64,000 bases of DNA from Candidatus Eiseniibacteriota bacterium (GCA_963762255.1 CAVXKA010000001.1:1440001-1504000); one strand, 5' to 3'; shown: positions 17,916 through 28,406, numbered from the stretch's first letter. Notes: generated from the letters alone by a model not told the origin. A program made the numbers and translations.

Positions 17916-18066
17916 TCGACTGGTAACATTCATTCATGTACATTAGTGGTTGTAGCATAACATGCATGAATGATCATCCGATGCGGGGCGTCGCCCTCTC
18001 TGGGCGCTTTCAAGGTGGTTCATCCCAGCGCGCGCGGGGACAACGGTCACCGCTCCTCGCAGTTCG

Positions 18067-18366
18067 CTACCGCAACTTGGATTCCTGGGTCAATTGATAG
18101 AACGCATCCCCGCCAACCAGAAGAAGGGGAAGCACGACGTAGTCACCGGGCAGGTCCTGAGCCTTCGCGTAAGCGCGACCCGCCGCAGACGCAAAACGGG
18201 AAAGCTCCAACCGAGAGCCTTGGATCACGAGGATGTTCGGCACGTGGACTTCGGCGCTGTCCACACGCGCCACGAACCATGAGGGGTCATCGTCGGCCTG
18301 TGCCAGAGCGGGGAAACTCAAGAGAATGAGGAGTGCGCAGAGGCCGAGTGCTAACAGTGTTCGCAT
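18067..18366 (-). CDS. Small secreted hypothetical protein
   Basis: Signal peptide MRTLLALGLCALLILLSFPALAQA; RBS gagg; directly downstream of lpxH. Confidence 0.6.
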   Translation of the reverse strand: MRTLLALGLCALLILLSFPALAQADDDPSWFVARVDSAEVHVPNILVIQGSRLELSRFASAAGRAYAKAQDLPGDYVVLPLLLVGGDAFYQLTQESKLR

Positions 18367-18375
18367 GGCAGCACC

Positions 18376-19161
18376 TCAACCCACCAGCGGCCAGGTGAGC
18401 AACTCGAACGCTCCGCCCCGCAGCCTTGCGCAGGTGTAGTGCTGGAACCAGTCGCCGAGGATCAGGAACTCTCCTTCGGGACGTTGCCAGTGGATCGGCA
18501 CATGATGGTGGCCCATCAGCACCGCCTCGGCGCCCTGGCGCAGAGCCGGAATCGCGACGTGGGTGAAGAGCCCCTCGACATCGATCTCGCGGTTTCCGGT
18601 GTGGTGACGGCTCACGCCGGAGGTGCGCAGAGCGAAGGGGATGCCGAGGTCGGGGTGAACCCACCGGTAGAGACGAGTCGCCAGGGGATTGCGGAGTATC
18701 CGCTTCAGCACCTTGTATCCGGTGTCACCCGGGCCGAGTCCGTCCCCGTGGTAGAGGCGAAGCCGGCGACCCTGGGTCTCGACCCCCACGCCGTCCGCGA
18801 GCACCTCGATGTGGGTTTCCCGCCGAAGGAAGTCGCACAGCCAGTAGTCGTGGTTCCCGCCGAGGTAGCGGACGGGCAACCCGGCTCCGGCAAGCCGGTC
18901 CAGGCGGGCCAGCGCCGAGAAAGCGGTACGCGGGATGACCGTGCGGTACTCGAACCAGAAGTCGAAGAGATCGCCGAGGACGAAGAGAGCGGCCTCGTCG
19001 CGTTCCACCCGATCGAGGAGCGAGCCGAGTCGCTCGCGTTTGACCGACTCAGCCGCAGCGTCGCCCCCGCCCAGGTGCACGTCGCTCAGGAAATAGGCGA
19101 CAGGCCGGGGCTCGACGAGAGAGGCGGTGAAGGGGTTGGACGGGGGTTTGCGCGCATCCAC
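18376..19161 (-). CDS. lpxH: UDP-2,3-diacylglucosamine diphosphatase (LpxH-like metallophosphoesterase)
   Basis: SDVHLG, LGDLFDFWFEY, GNHDYW, HGDGLGPGDTGY, GHHH, LGDW. Confidence 0.85.
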   Translation of the reverse strand: MDARKPPSNPFTASLVEPRPVAYFLSDVHLGGGDAAAESVKRERLGSLLDRVERDEAALFVLGDLFDFWFEYRTVIPRTAFSALARLDRLAGAGLPVRYLGGNHDYWLCDFLRRETHIEVLADGVGVETQGRRLRLYHGDGLGPGDTGYKVLKRILRNPLATRLYRWVHPDLGIPFALRTSGVSRHHTGNREIDVEGLFTHVAIPALRQGAEAVLMGHHHVPIHWQRPEGEFLILGDWFQHYTCARLRGGAFELLTWPLVG

Positions 19162-19283
19162 GCGCCGAGGCTATCACGTCGCCGCGCGGACGGCAGGAAG
19201 ATTTGTGGAACGCTTTGGAAAGCGGCCCGTATGATTGAGGCGCGCCGCATCGACCGCGGCGGCGGACAGGGAAGGATGCCGCG

Positions 19284-19613
19284 ATGAACGACCTTTGGGA
19301 ACGCGTGAAAAAGACCGCCACCGAAATCTACGCGACCGCCTCCGAGCGGACCGTGGAGGGTGTCAATGTCGGGGTCAAGCGCCTGGACCTCGCCGCCATC
19401 CGGCGCGATCTGAGCCGCGAGTTCGCGGGCTTGGGCGGGCGGACGTACCAGCTTCTGCAGAAGAACGAGGGGGATTCGATCCCGAGCGACCCCGTCGTGC
19501 TGCGCCATCTGGTGCGGCTTCGGGAGCTGGAGGAAAGGCTCGAGGAACGAGAGCGGGAGATTCATTCGATCCGCCAGGAAGGACCCACCGGAGGTGAGCG
19601 TGCGCGATCTTAG
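19284..19613 (+). CDS. Small coiled-coil hypothetical protein
   Basis: MNDLWERVKK… helical protein with RBS ggaagga; overlaps the htrA start. Confidence 0.7.
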   Translation: MNDLWERVKKTATEIYATASERTVEGVNVGVKRLDLAAIRRDLSREFAGLGGRTYQLLQKNEGDSIPSDPVVLRHLVRLRELEERLEEREREIHSIRQEGPTGGERARS

Positions 19614-21204
19614 TGCCCTGCTGCGGGCTCTGAAGCTAGGTCTTATCGCCCTGACCCTGATGTCGGTGGGCGTGATGGGCGGGCTCCTGCTCTCCACCTC
19701 CATCCGGGATGGGCGACCCGAGCCCACCTCCACGATGGCGGCGGCACAGCAAGGCGCACCCGCCGCGCGGCAGACGACCGACGCGGTCGAGGACGTCCCC
19801 GCCGCCCTGCTCGTCCATCCGGAGAGCGGTGCGGACCCGCTCCAGAGCCCGTTCGCTGAACTGGCCCGCCGCGTCCTTCCGGCCGTGGTCTCCATCGAGA
19901 CCCGCAAGATGGTCGCGCATCCGCGTGTGACGGGTCCCGAGGGCGAGATGTTCCGCCGGCTCTTCCCCGACCAGGGGGGCGAGGACGGAGGCGAAGGGGA
20001 CGGCGAAATCGAGATGCCCTCCTCCGGCTCGGGGTTCATCTTCGACTCTCACGGGTACGTGTTCACCAACGACCACGTGGTTTCGGGCTCCGAGACGATG
20101 ACCGTGCGCACCGGTGACGGGCGCACCTTCGAGGCGCACCTCATCGGCACCGACCCCGGCACCGACGTGGCGGTGGTCAAGATGGATGTGCCGGCGGGTG
20201 ACGCGCCGCTCCCCACCGTGCCGCTGGGAGATTCGGACGAGATGCGCGTGGGGGACTGGGCGATCGCCATCGGCAACCCCCTCGGCGAGCTGGAGGGCAC
20301 CCTCACGGTAGGCGTGATCAGCGCCAAGGGTCGCAAGGACCTGCGCATCATGGGGGGCGGCCCGGTCTACCAGGACTTCATTCAGACCGATGCCTCGATC
20401 AACTTCGGTAACTCCGGCGGACCGCTCGTGAACGTGCGCGGCGAGGTCGTCGGCATCAACTCGGCGGTGAACCCGACCGGACAGGGCCTCGGTTTCTCCA
20501 TCCCCATCAATCTCGCCCGCAAGGTGGCCATCGAACTCATCCGCACCGGCACGGTGCGCCGCGGGTATCTTGGGATCCTCCCGCAGCCGATCACCGCCGA
20601 AGTGCGCGAGGGATGGGAGATGCCCGGCCTGGCCGGCATCCTGGTGGGAAGCGTCGAGAAGGAGACGCCCGCCGAGCGGAGCGGCCTTCTCGTCGGGGAC
20701 GTGATCCTCGAGTTCAACCGCAAGCCGGTCCGCGATGTCCCGGACTTCCGCGCCCTGGTAGCGGAAGCGGGAGTGGGAGTCAGCGTCCCCATCAAGTATC
20801 TGCGCAATGGCCGCGAGGCGACGCTTCAGGTCGTGCTCGACGAACGGCCGGACACGCCGACGCCCCCCACGGAGTCGGAGGCACCGGCCCCTGAGGAGCC
20901 GCAGGCAGCGAAGGAGCACTGGCTTGGCGCCGTGTTCCAGGACATCGATCAGGATCTGGTCGTGAACCTCGAACTCGCTGTGGACGAGGGCGTGGTGATC
21001 ACCGAGCTGGACGCGATGGGTGCGGCCGCCCGCGCCGGCCTGCGGGTCGGCGATGTGATCCGCGAGGTCAACCGCAAGGCCGTGACCGGCGCCAGGGAGG
21101 CGGAACGCGCTCTGGAGGCCGCCCGTAAGGCCATGAAACCCATCGTGTTCCTGATCCAGCGGGGTACCACGACCACCTTCGTCGCCGTCAGGCCCCCGGG
21201 TTGA
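19594..21204 (+). CDS. HtrA/DegP-family serine protease with two PDZ domains
   Basis: SSGSGFI, TNDHVV, DVAVVK, IQTDASINFGNSGGPL; two PDZ repeats. Confidence 0.93.
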   Translation: MSVRDLSALLRALKLGLIALTLMSVGVMGGLLLSTSIRDGRPEPTSTMAAAQQGAPAARQTTDAVEDVPAALLVHPESGADPLQSPFAELARRVLPAVVSIETRKMVAHPRVTGPEGEMFRRLFPDQGGEDGGEGDGEIEMPSSGSGFIFDSHGYVFTNDHVVSGSETMTVRTGDGRTFEAHLIGTDPGTDVAVVKMDVPAGDAPLPTVPLGDSDEMRVGDWAIAIGNPLGELEGTLTVGVISAKGRKDLRIMGGGPVYQDFIQTDASINFGNSGGPLVNVRGEVVGINSAVNPTGQGLGFSIPINLARKVAIELIRTGTVRRGYLGILPQPITAEVREGWEMPGLAGILVGSVEKETPAERSGLLVGDVILEFNRKPVRDVPDFRALVAEAGVGVSVPIKYLRNGREATLQVVLDERPDTPTPPTESEAPAPEEPQAAKEHWLGAVFQDIDQDLVVNLELAVDEGVVITELDAMGAAARAGLRVGDVIREVNRKAVTGAREAERALEAARKAMKPIVFLIQRGTTTTFVAVRPPG

Positions 21205-21229
21205 CGATTCGGGGTCGGGTTGGTAGCGT
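21201..21229 (+). promoter_or_regulatory. Sigma70-type promoter for the M23/amidase genes
   Basis: TTGACG-17-TAGCGT with extended TG. Confidence 0.55.
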
Positions 21230-21269
21230 CTTGGGGTCTTCCCCCCCCCCGAGAGTTCTGGAGGCCACT

Positions 21270-22190
21270 CTGACCAGCCCGACCCACCCCCACCATGTCG
21301 TACCCATCAGCCGATCGGCCGTCCGCTTGGGGCGGCTCGCCGCCGCAGGGCTCAACATCATGGTGGCTTTCGGGGTGCTGGCGCTGGTAACCGGCGTGCT
21401 GGCGGTGCGGGTTCAGACCCGCGGCCTTGGCGACGAGGCGCACCTCGATGAGATCGCGGCCCACAACGCCGCCCTCAAGGTCGAGATGATCCACATGAAC
21501 GAGAGCATGGAGGAGCTGGTCGACGGTCTCATGGAGACCCGTGTCCTGGCCGGCATGTCTCGGTCGGTGATCGGGCTGGCGTCGCGTTCCGACTCGATCA
21601 GCGGCGGTGGGGTGGCGGTGGAGCCCCCCGACGTGACCGATCTGCAGGATCGCGTCCTGGCCGAAGTCATGGTGAACTCGGCCGAGCAACTCGACGAGTC
21701 ACTCCGGCAGGCGCGCGAGCTCAAGGCGGTGTTCGGGGAGATCGTGGAGAGCATGGAGGCCCAGGGCGACGCGTGGGAGCGCATCCCCTCGGTGGGGCCC
21801 CTCCACGCGGCCCGGATGACGAGCGATTTCGGGCTGCGCCGCGATCCCTTCACCGGACGGCTCGCCTTGCACAAGGGGATCGACCTGGTCGCGCCGGTCG
21901 GAACGCCCGTGCGCGCTACCGCCAAAGGGCAGGTCACCCGGGCGGGGAGGGACGCCGGCTACGGCCTCATGGTCGAGATCGACCATCACAACGGCCTTGT
22001 CACCCGGTACGCGCACAACGCGGGGCTGGCGGTTCGGCCCGGGCAGATCGTGCGCCGCGGGCAGGTCGTGGGCTATGTGGGACGAAGCGGTCGCGCCAGC
22101 GCTCCCCACGTGCACTACGAGGTGCTGCTGCACGGCGCGACGGTGAACCCGGAGCCGTACATTCTTGCCGAGTACGTGACCGGCGATTGA
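21270..22190 (+). CDS. M23-family peptidoglycan endopeptidase (TM + coiled coil + M23)
   Basis: FGLRRDPFTG…HKGIDL, GYGLMVEIDH, TRYAHN, PHVHYEV. Start uncertain (CTG 21270 after GGAGG, or ATG 21360). Confidence 0.88.
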   Translation: MTSPTHPHHVVPISRSAVRLGRLAAAGLNIMVAFGVLALVTGVLAVRVQTRGLGDEAHLDEIAAHNAALKVEMIHMNESMEELVDGLMETRVLAGMSRSVIGLASRSDSISGGGVAVEPPDVTDLQDRVLAEVMVNSAEQLDESLRQARELKAVFGEIVESMEAQGDAWERIPSVGPLHAARMTSDFGLRRDPFTGRLALHKGIDLVAPVGTPVRATAKGQVTRAGRDAGYGLMVEIDHHNGLVTRYAHNAGLAVRPGQIVRRGQVVGYVGRSGRASAPHVHYEVLLHGATVNPEPYILAEYVTGD

Positions 22191-22228
22191 GCCCGATCCT
22201 CGCGACGCGCTAGAGTTACAGGCAACCC

Positions 22229-23446
22229 ATGCTCAGGTCACTGCGGATCCTCATCCTCGCCCTTTCGCTCGGCCTTGTCGCGGCATCGAGCGCCGCCGCC
22301 GTTTCCCTGACCGGCGTGCGCTACTCCTCCAACGCCGAGCGCACGCGGATCGTCCTCGATCTTGACGCGCGCGCGACCTACGAGCACCGCAAGCTGTCCG
22401 ATCCGGCGCGGGTCGTGCTGGAGATCGCCAAGGGCAAACTGGGCTCGCAGGTGGCGCCGGTCTCGGTGGGGGACGGCTACGTGCACCGCGTGCGCCTCAA
22501 CCAGTTAACCGACGGGCGCGTGCAGGTCGTGGTCGATCTCGCGCGGGCACTCGACTACAGCGTGCTCGTCCTGTCGAAGCCGGAACGCCTCGTCATCGAC
22601 GTGAAGCACCAGGGGAAGCCGGCGCCCCCCGAGACGCAGCCGACGCCCGCTGGAAGCGCGCCGCCCGGGGGCGCGGGGACGGGGAACGACGCGGTGACGA
22701 CACCGCCGCCGATCCCGGTGCCGGTGCCGGCGGTGCCGCCCCGCAGAGGCCGCTGGGTGGTGGCGGTGGACGCCGGGCACGGTGGGAAAGACCCCGGTGC
22801 GCAGGGGCATGGCACGGACGAGAAGGACATCGCCTTCGCACTGGCCCGCGAAGTGGTGGCCGAGTTGAATCGCCGCCCCGGCATCACCGCGTTTCCGGTG
22901 CGCGCGGGCAATTACTTCATCCCGCTTGCGCGCCGCCGAGGCATCGCCGAGAAGGACAGCGCCGACGTTTTCGTCAGCATTCACTGCAACGCCAGCGAGA
23001 AGAAGGCGGCGCGGGGGACCGAGGTCTTCTTCCTGTCGCTAAAGGGCGCGAGCGACGAAGCGGCCAAGGAAGTCGCGAAGTTCGAGAACGAGGCCGACTC
23101 GCGCATGGGCATCGAGGCCGAAGCCCCCGAACTCGATCAGATCCTCTTCGACATGATCCAGGCCGATGTCCTCGTGAAGAGCCAGATGCTGGCCCAGAAG
23201 TGCCTGGAGAAGCTCTTCGGCCTCGGCACGGTCTACGACCGCGGCGTCAAACAAGCGGGTTTCGTCGTTCTCAAGTCCCCCCGCATCCCCTCCGTCCTCG
23301 TCGAAGCGGCCTTCATCACGAACCGCGAGGAGAACAAGCTCCTCAAGAGCGGCAAGTGGCAGGGCGATTTCGGGCGCCTTCTCGCCGACGGCGTGGAGGA
23401 CTACTTGCGGGGCATCGAGCGCGCGGAGCACACCGAGCGGCCCTAG
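22229..23446 (+). CDS. N-acetylmuramoyl-L-alanine amidase (Amidase_3) with AMIN domain
   Basis: Signal peptide, TRIVLDL/RLVIDV AMIN motifs, VDAGHGGKDPGA, FVSIHCN, SVLVEAAFITN. Confidence 0.92.
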   Translation: MLRSLRILILALSLGLVAASSAAAVSLTGVRYSSNAERTRIVLDLDARATYEHRKLSDPARVVLEIAKGKLGSQVAPVSVGDGYVHRVRLNQLTDGRVQVVVDLARALDYSVLVLSKPERLVIDVKHQGKPAPPETQPTPAGSAPPGGAGTGNDAVTTPPPIPVPVPAVPPRRGRWVVAVDAGHGGKDPGAQGHGTDEKDIAFALAREVVAELNRRPGITAFPVRAGNYFIPLARRRGIAEKDSADVFVSIHCNASEKKAARGTEVFFLSLKGASDEAAKEVAKFENEADSRMGIEAEAPELDQILFDMIQADVLVKSQMLAQKCLEKLFGLGTVYDRGVKQAGFVVLKSPRIPSVLVEAAFITNREENKLLKSGKWQGDFGRLLADGVEDYLRGIERAEHTERP

Positions 23447-23622
23447 GGCCGGACGGGCGCCGCCCCCACCAGCGGCGGCTTTCGCGCCTTCCCGCGCGCG
23501 CGCTTCCCAGACACTTCCCTTTCTCCTCCCCTTGTCTCAAGTCATCCCGCGCGCGGGCCGATAGCTGGAGCAGCCGCACTACCGCGCGGATCCGCGCACC
23601 AACCACGATGTGGAGCCAAGGG

Positions 23623-24027
23623 ATGAAGATCGCAGTGCACCGCAGAGAACCCTGGACCGTGCTGGCCCTTGAGGGTGATCTGGATCTGGACACGGGCCCC
23701 GGGGTCTACTTGCAGTTCCAGCGCGAGCTGCTGCAGGGACACACGCAGTTCGTCATCGACATGGACGGCGTGGAGATCGTGGACAGCTCCGGGCTCGGCG
23801 TGCTGGTGCGCTGCTACCGCGACGCGCGGAGCCGTGGCGGGGAAGTGGCGCTGCAAAAGGTACGGGAGCCGGTCGGGCGCATCCTCGAGTTCACCCGGCT
23901 GGACTCGATCTTCCGTATCCTCCCTCTCGCGGCGGACGCAAACGCGAGCGCGAGCGCGAACGCAAACGCAAGCGCGAACGCGAGCGCGGACGATCCCCCT
24001 GCGGACGTCCGGCTCGAAGCTGCCTAG
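23623..24027 (+). CDS. STAS-domain anti-sigma-factor antagonist
   Basis: LEGDLD…IDMDGVEIVDSSGLGVLV…ILEFTRLDSIF; low-complexity Ala/Asn/Ser tail. Confidence 0.85.
   Translation: MKIAVHRREPWTVLALEGDLDLDTGPGVYLQFQRELLQGHTQFVIDMDGVEIVDSSGLGVLVRCYRDARSRGGEVALQKVREPVGRILEFTRLDSIFRILPLAADANASASANANASANASADDPPADVRLEAA
23938..23989 (+). repeat. Imperfect 6-bp tandem repeat encoding ANASASANANASANASA
   Basis: gcaaac/gcgagc/gcgaac units in the STAS C-terminal tail. Confidence 0.75.
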
Positions 24028-24028
24028 C

Positions 24029-24478
24029 ATGCGCGGACGCGCCACCCGACTCAAGAACCCGGTCATCGAAGTGCTGCTATTCCAGGTGGCCGGCGTGCGC
24101 TACGGCGTCGCCCTGGGTCATGTGGTCGGTCTCGTGCGCGATCTGAGCGCGGTGACCGGTTGCGGTGTCTTCGACCCGCACGTTGTCTTCTTCGAAGGCC
24201 GCCAGGTGCCGGTGTTCCCCCCCGAGGACTTCCTCTCCGACGTCGGTCCGGGCGGATCGGTTCCCAACGAGGCCATCATCATCGACGACGGCGCCGGGGC
24301 CTACGGCATCGCGGTGGATTGCACGGAGAACGTCGTCGATGTGACGCCCGGAAGCGATCTCTACATCTTCCCGCCCCTCGACGACGCCGAGCCGTGCACC
24401 TGCCGGCCGTGGGGGATGCTCACGGTGGCCGAGCGCCCCGTGTTGCTCCTCGACCTCACTCGCGTCGGCGTGCACTGA
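24029..24478 (+). CDS. CheW-like domain protein
   Basis: LLFQVAGVRYGVALGHV…YGIAVD…PVLLLDL pattern typical of CheW folds. Confidence 0.6.
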   Translation: MRGRATRLKNPVIEVLLFQVAGVRYGVALGHVVGLVRDLSAVTGCGVFDPHVVFFEGRQVPVFPPEDFLSDVGPGGSVPNEAIIIDDGAGAYGIAVDCTENVVDVTPGSDLYIFPPLDDAEPCTCRPWGMLTVAERPVLLLDLTRVGVH

Positions 24479-24507
24479 CCGTCCTGACCCGCGTCGGCGT
24501 GCACTAG
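24454..24507 (+). repeat. Tandem duplication of the 3' end of the CheW-like gene
   Basis: cgcgtcggcgtgcact exact at 24461-24476 and 24490-24505. Confidence 0.8.
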
Positions 24508-24545
24508 ACGGAAGCCCCCGCCTCTTCGGATGGTAGGATTCAGTT

Positions 24546-26966
24546 ATGGAATCCTCGCTTCCCACCGTCCATCTACCCGTCAAAGGCATGACCTGTGCCG
24601 GTTGCGCGGCCACGATCGAGAAGGGGCTGAATGCCCTCGACGGCGTGGAGCGCGCGGCGGTGAACTTCGCCACCCAGGAAGCTCGGGTCGAGGGCCTTCC
24701 CCCGGGCGGCATGGACGCGGTCGTGCACGCGATCCGCGATCTGGGCTACGACGTCGCCACCGAGTCCCGCCGCTATCGCGTGGAAGGGATGCACTGCGCG
24801 TCCTGCGTAGCGAAGGTCGAGGGCGCGGTGAGCGGCGTCCCCGGCGTGCTCTCGGCGACGGTGAACCTGGCGACGGAAGAGCTGCGGGTGGCTGCGGTCT
24901 CCGGTGCGGCGGGCCCCGCCGAGGTCGCGGCGGCGGTCGAGCGCGCGGGCTACAAGCTGGCGGGCGAAGCGGTGGACGAGACGCAAGCCGAAGACGAGGC
25001 GCTACCGTGGAAGCGGCGGTTCCTGGTGAGCGCGCTCTTCACGCTGCCGATCGCGCTCGAGATGCTGCGCCACTGGATCCCGGGGGCCCGCGACTGGCCG
25101 CACCACACGGTGGCGTGGGTGCTGCTCGGCTTGGCCACGCCGGTCTACCTGTGGGCCGGCTTCCCCTTCCATCGCGCCGCGCTGCGCGGCCTGCGTCACC
25201 GCGCCGCCGACATGAACACGTTGATCTCGGTGGGGACCACCGCCGCCTACGCCTATAGCGTGATCGCCACCGTTCTTCCCGGTCTCCTCACCGCGCGCGG
25301 CGCGGCTCCCGGCGTCTACTTCGATACGACCGCGGTCATCATCACGCTCATCCTCATGGGGCGCTGGATGGAAGCGCGCCAGCGTGACCGCACCCGTTCT
25401 GCAATGCGTGCGTTGGTGGGGCTTCGCCCCGATCGCGCGCTTCGCGTGCGCGGCCCCGTCGAGGAGATCGTGGAGGTGTCGGCGCTGCGCGTCGGCGATC
25501 TCGTGCGCGTGCGCCCCGGCGAGCGCGTGCCGGTGGACGGCGCGGTTCGCGAGGGATCGAGTACGGTGGATGAGTCGATGGTGACCGGCGAAGCGATCCC
25601 GGTGGACAAGGGCGAAGGGGACGAAGTCGTCGGCGGCACGATGAACGGGTCGGGCGGACTTGTGGTCGAAGTGCAGCGAATCGGCGAGGACACCGCGCTC
25701 GCCCGCATCATCCGGCTCGTGCGCGAGGCCCAGGGCGCGAAGGCGCCGATTCAGCGCGTGGCCGACCGAGTGGCCGCGGTGTTCGTTCCGGTGGTGATCG
25801 CGGTGGCGGTGCTGACCTTTGCCGCGTGGCTCGTGCTCGACCCATCGCACAGCGTGGCGCGGGCGTTGGTCCCGTTCGTTGCCGTGCTGATCATCGCTTG
25901 TCCTTGCGCGCTCGGGCTGGCCACTCCGGCCGCGATCATGGTGGGAAGCGGCGTGGGCGCGCGGCACGGCATCCTCTTCAAAGGGGGCGACGTGCTCGAG
26001 CGCGCCGGTCGGAGCACGGTCGTCGTGCTCGACAAGACGGGGACGGTCACGCTCGGCCGCCCCACGCTGACGTGGATGGAGCCGGCGGACAACGACGAAC
26101 TCCTCGCCCTGGCCGCGGCGGCGGAGCGCGGTTCGGAGCATCCGATCGCGAGGGCCGTGGTGGCGGCGGCGGTCGAGAAGGGGCTCGCGATCCCAGAGGG
26201 GCGACTCTTCCAGGCGCGCGCCGGTCGCGGGGTGATCGTCTCGGTGGATCGGCTCGATGTGCGCGTCGGGAGCGAGGCGTACCTGCGCGAGGAGCGCATC
26301 GACCCCGGTCCGTGGGCGAAGAAGGCGCGCGAGGCCGCCGCGCGCGGCATGACGCCGCTCCTGGTCGCGCGGCAGAAAGACGTGCTGGGGATCCTCGGCG
26401 TGTCCGACGCGGTGAAGCCGGAGGCGAAAGAGGCGATCGAGCAGTTCCGGCGACTAGGCTTGGACGTGTGGCTCGTGACCGGGGACCGCGCGGAATCCGC
26501 CGAGCGCGTCGCGAAAGAGTTAGGCATCGAGCACGTGCGCGCGGGCGTGCTACCCGGCGAGAAGGCGACGCTGATCGAGGAGCTTCAAGAGCGCGGCGAG
26601 ACGGTGCTCATGGTGGGCGACGGGGTCAACGACGCGCCCGCGCTGGCTCGCGCTGACGTGGGGATCGCGCTCGGAACCGGCACCGACGTGGCGCTCGAGA
26701 CCGCGCCGGTGGCGTTGCTCTCGCGCGATCTGCGCGCCGCTCCGGCCGCCGTGCGCCTGAGCCGGCGTACGCTCTCCACGATCCGCCAGAATCTCTTCTG
26801 GGCGTTCGCCTACAACGTCGTGGGGATCCCACTGGCCGCGGGCGTCTTCTATCCGATCCTCGGTTGGCAGTTGAGCCCGATGATCGCCGCCGGGGCCATG
26901 GCCATGAGCAGCGTCTCCGTGCTGGCCAATTCGCTTCGCTTGCGCCGCTTCGACCCACAGCGCTAG
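24546..26966 (+). CDS. copA: Copper-translocating P1B-type ATPase with two HMA domains
   Basis: GMTCAGC and [39 protein letters not shown]…P and MAMSS. Confidence 0.93.
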   Translation: MESSLPTVHLPVKGMTCAGCAATIEKGLNALDGVERAAVNFATQEARVEGLPPGGMDAVVHAIRDLGYDVATESRRYRVEGMHCASCVAKVEGAVSGVPGVLSATVNLATEELRVAAVSGAAGPAEVAAAVERAGYKLAGEAVDETQAEDEALPWKRRFLVSALFTLPIALEMLRHWIPGARDWPHHTVAWVLLGLATPVYLWAGFPFHRAALRGLRHRAADMNTLISVGTTAAYAYSVIATVLPGLLTARGAAPGVYFDTTAVIITLILMGRWMEARQRDRTRSAMRALVGLRPDRALRVRGPVEEIVEVSALRVGDLVRVRPGERVPVDGAVREGSSTVDESMVTGEAIPVDKGEGDEVVGGTMNGSGGLVVEVQRIGEDTALARIIRLVREAQGAKAPIQRVADRVAAVFVPVVIAVAVLTFAAWLVLDPSHSVARALVPFVAVLIIACPCALGLATPAAIMVGSGVGARHGILFKGGDVLERAGRSTVVVLDKTGTVTLGRPTLTWMEPADNDELLALAAAAERGSEHPIARAVVAAAVEKGLAIPEGRLFQARAGRGVIVSVDRLDVRVGSEAYLREERIDPGPWAKKAREAAARGMTPLLVARQKDVLGILGVSDAVKPEAKEAIEQFRRLGLDVWLVTGDRAESAERVAKELGIEHVRAGVLPGEKATLIEELQERGETVLMVGDGVNDAPALARADVGIALGTGTDVALETAPVALLSRDLRAAPAAVRLSRRTLSTIRQNLFWAFAYNVVGIPLAAGVFYPILGWQLSPMIAAGAMAMSSVSVLANSLRLRRFDPQR

Positions 26967-26975
26967 GCTCCGCGG

Positions 26976-28370
26976 ATGCAACTCCAATTCTTCGGCGCCG
27001 CCCGCACCGTCACCGGCTCCCGCCACCTCCTCACCGTGAACGGGCAGAAGATCCTGCTCGATTGCGGGATGTTTCAGGGGCGCCGCGAGGAATCGGAACG
27101 GCTCAACCGCCAGCTCGGCTTCGACGCCGCCGAGATAGACGCGGTGGTGATGAGCCACGCGCACATCGACCACTCGGGGGCGCTGCCGAGCCTCGTGAAG
27201 GGCGGGTTCAAGGGAACCATTCACGCCACGCTGGCCACCGCCGATCTCCTCGGCGCGATGCTGCGCGACAGTGCCCATATCCAGGAAAGCGACGTCAAGT
27301 TCCTGAACAAGCATCGGCAACGCCGGGGAGAGAGCGAGAAGGCGCCCCTCTACACGCTGGCCGATGCGGAGAAGGCGATCGCGCGGATCCGTGAGCACCA
27401 CTATCACAAGCCCATGCAGGTGGCGCCGGGAGTGGAAGTCACCTACTACGACGCGGGGCACATCCTTGGGTCGGCGGTGGTGCAGCTTGACCTCACCGAG
27501 GGGACGCAGAAGAAGATACTCGTCTTCTCCGGCGATCTCGGGCGCCCCCATCTGCCGATTCTGCGGGATCCCGAGACCCCGCCCGAGGCCGACGCGCTCA
27601 TCATCGAGAGCACCTACGGCGACCGCGAGCATGCACCCATCGAAGCCGCCGACGACCGGCTGGCCGCGCTCATCAACTCGGTCTGCGGAAACCGCGGCAA
27701 GCTCATCATCCCCGCGTTCGCGGTGGGGCGCACTCAGGAGCTGGTGTACGCGATCTCCCGGCTCATCCGCGCGCGCCGCATCCCCGGGTGCAGCGTGTAC
27801 GTGGATAGCCCGCTCGCGCTCAACGTGACCGAGATCTTCGCCCGCCACCCGGAATGCTACGACGACGAGATCCGTGCGGTGCTGCACGACACCGGCGATC
27901 CGTTCGGCTTTCATCTGCTGGAGTACGTGCGCTCGGTCGAGGAGAGCATCGAACTCAACGACAAGCCCGGGCCCTTCATCGTCATCTCGGCGAGCGGGAT
28001 GCTCGAAGCGGGGCGCGTGCTCCATCACCTCAAGAACGCCATCGGCGATCCGCGCAACGTCGTGCTCATCGTCGGGTACCAGGCGGAGCATACGCTCGGG
28101 CGACACTTGGTCGAGGGCGCTCACGAGGTGAAGATCTACGGGGAGCCCCACGAGCGCAAGGCGCGCGTCGAAGTGATGAACGAGTTCTCGGCGCACGCGG
28201 ACCGCAACGAATTGATCGCGTGGGTGCGCGAGTTCAAACGGACGCCCAAGCGCGCGTTCGTGGTGCACGGCGAGGAGACGCAGAGCCGGCCGTTCGCGCA
28301 GCGCTTGCGCGAGATGGCGGGCATCCCCGAGGTGTTCGTGCCGGCGATGCGGGACAAGGGGACGGTCTAG
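26976..28370 (+). CDS. MBL-fold beta-CASP ribonuclease
   Basis: GAARTVTGSRHL, SHAHIDHSG, AGHILGS, FSGDLG, ESTYGDR, SAHAD, VHGE. Confidence 0.92.
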   Translation: MQLQFFGAARTVTGSRHLLTVNGQKILLDCGMFQGRREESERLNRQLGFDAAEIDAVVMSHAHIDHSGALPSLVKGGFKGTIHATLATADLLGAMLRDSAHIQESDVKFLNKHRQRRGESEKAPLYTLADAEKAIARIREHHYHKPMQVAPGVEVTYYDAGHILGSAVVQLDLTEGTQKKILVFSGDLGRPHLPILRDPETPPEADALIIESTYGDREHAPIEAADDRLAALINSVCGNRGKLIIPAFAVGRTQELVYAISRLIRARRIPGCSVYVDSPLALNVTEIFARHPECYDDEIRAVLHDTGDPFGFHLLEYVRSVEESIELNDKPGPFIVISASGMLEAGRVLHHLKNAIGDPRNVVLIVGYQAEHTLGRHLVEGAHEVKIYGEPHERKARVEVMNEFSAHADRNELIAWVREFKRTPKRAFVVHGEETQSRPFAQRLREMAGIPEVFVPAMRDKGTV

Positions 28371-28406
28371 CCGAACCGGATTAGGACGCGCCGGCCGCGG
28401 CGCGCG

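Noticed and set aside
17945-17980. Possible dif site
   Set aside because: Only a partial XerD-arm resemblance (TTATGCTACAA on the minus strand) and no acceptable XerC arm.
26976-28370. beta-CASP nuclease, dCMP deaminase or PLD as anti-phage defence genes
   Set aside because: All resemble housekeeping families, are dispersed, and lack defence-island context; the PLD appears exported.
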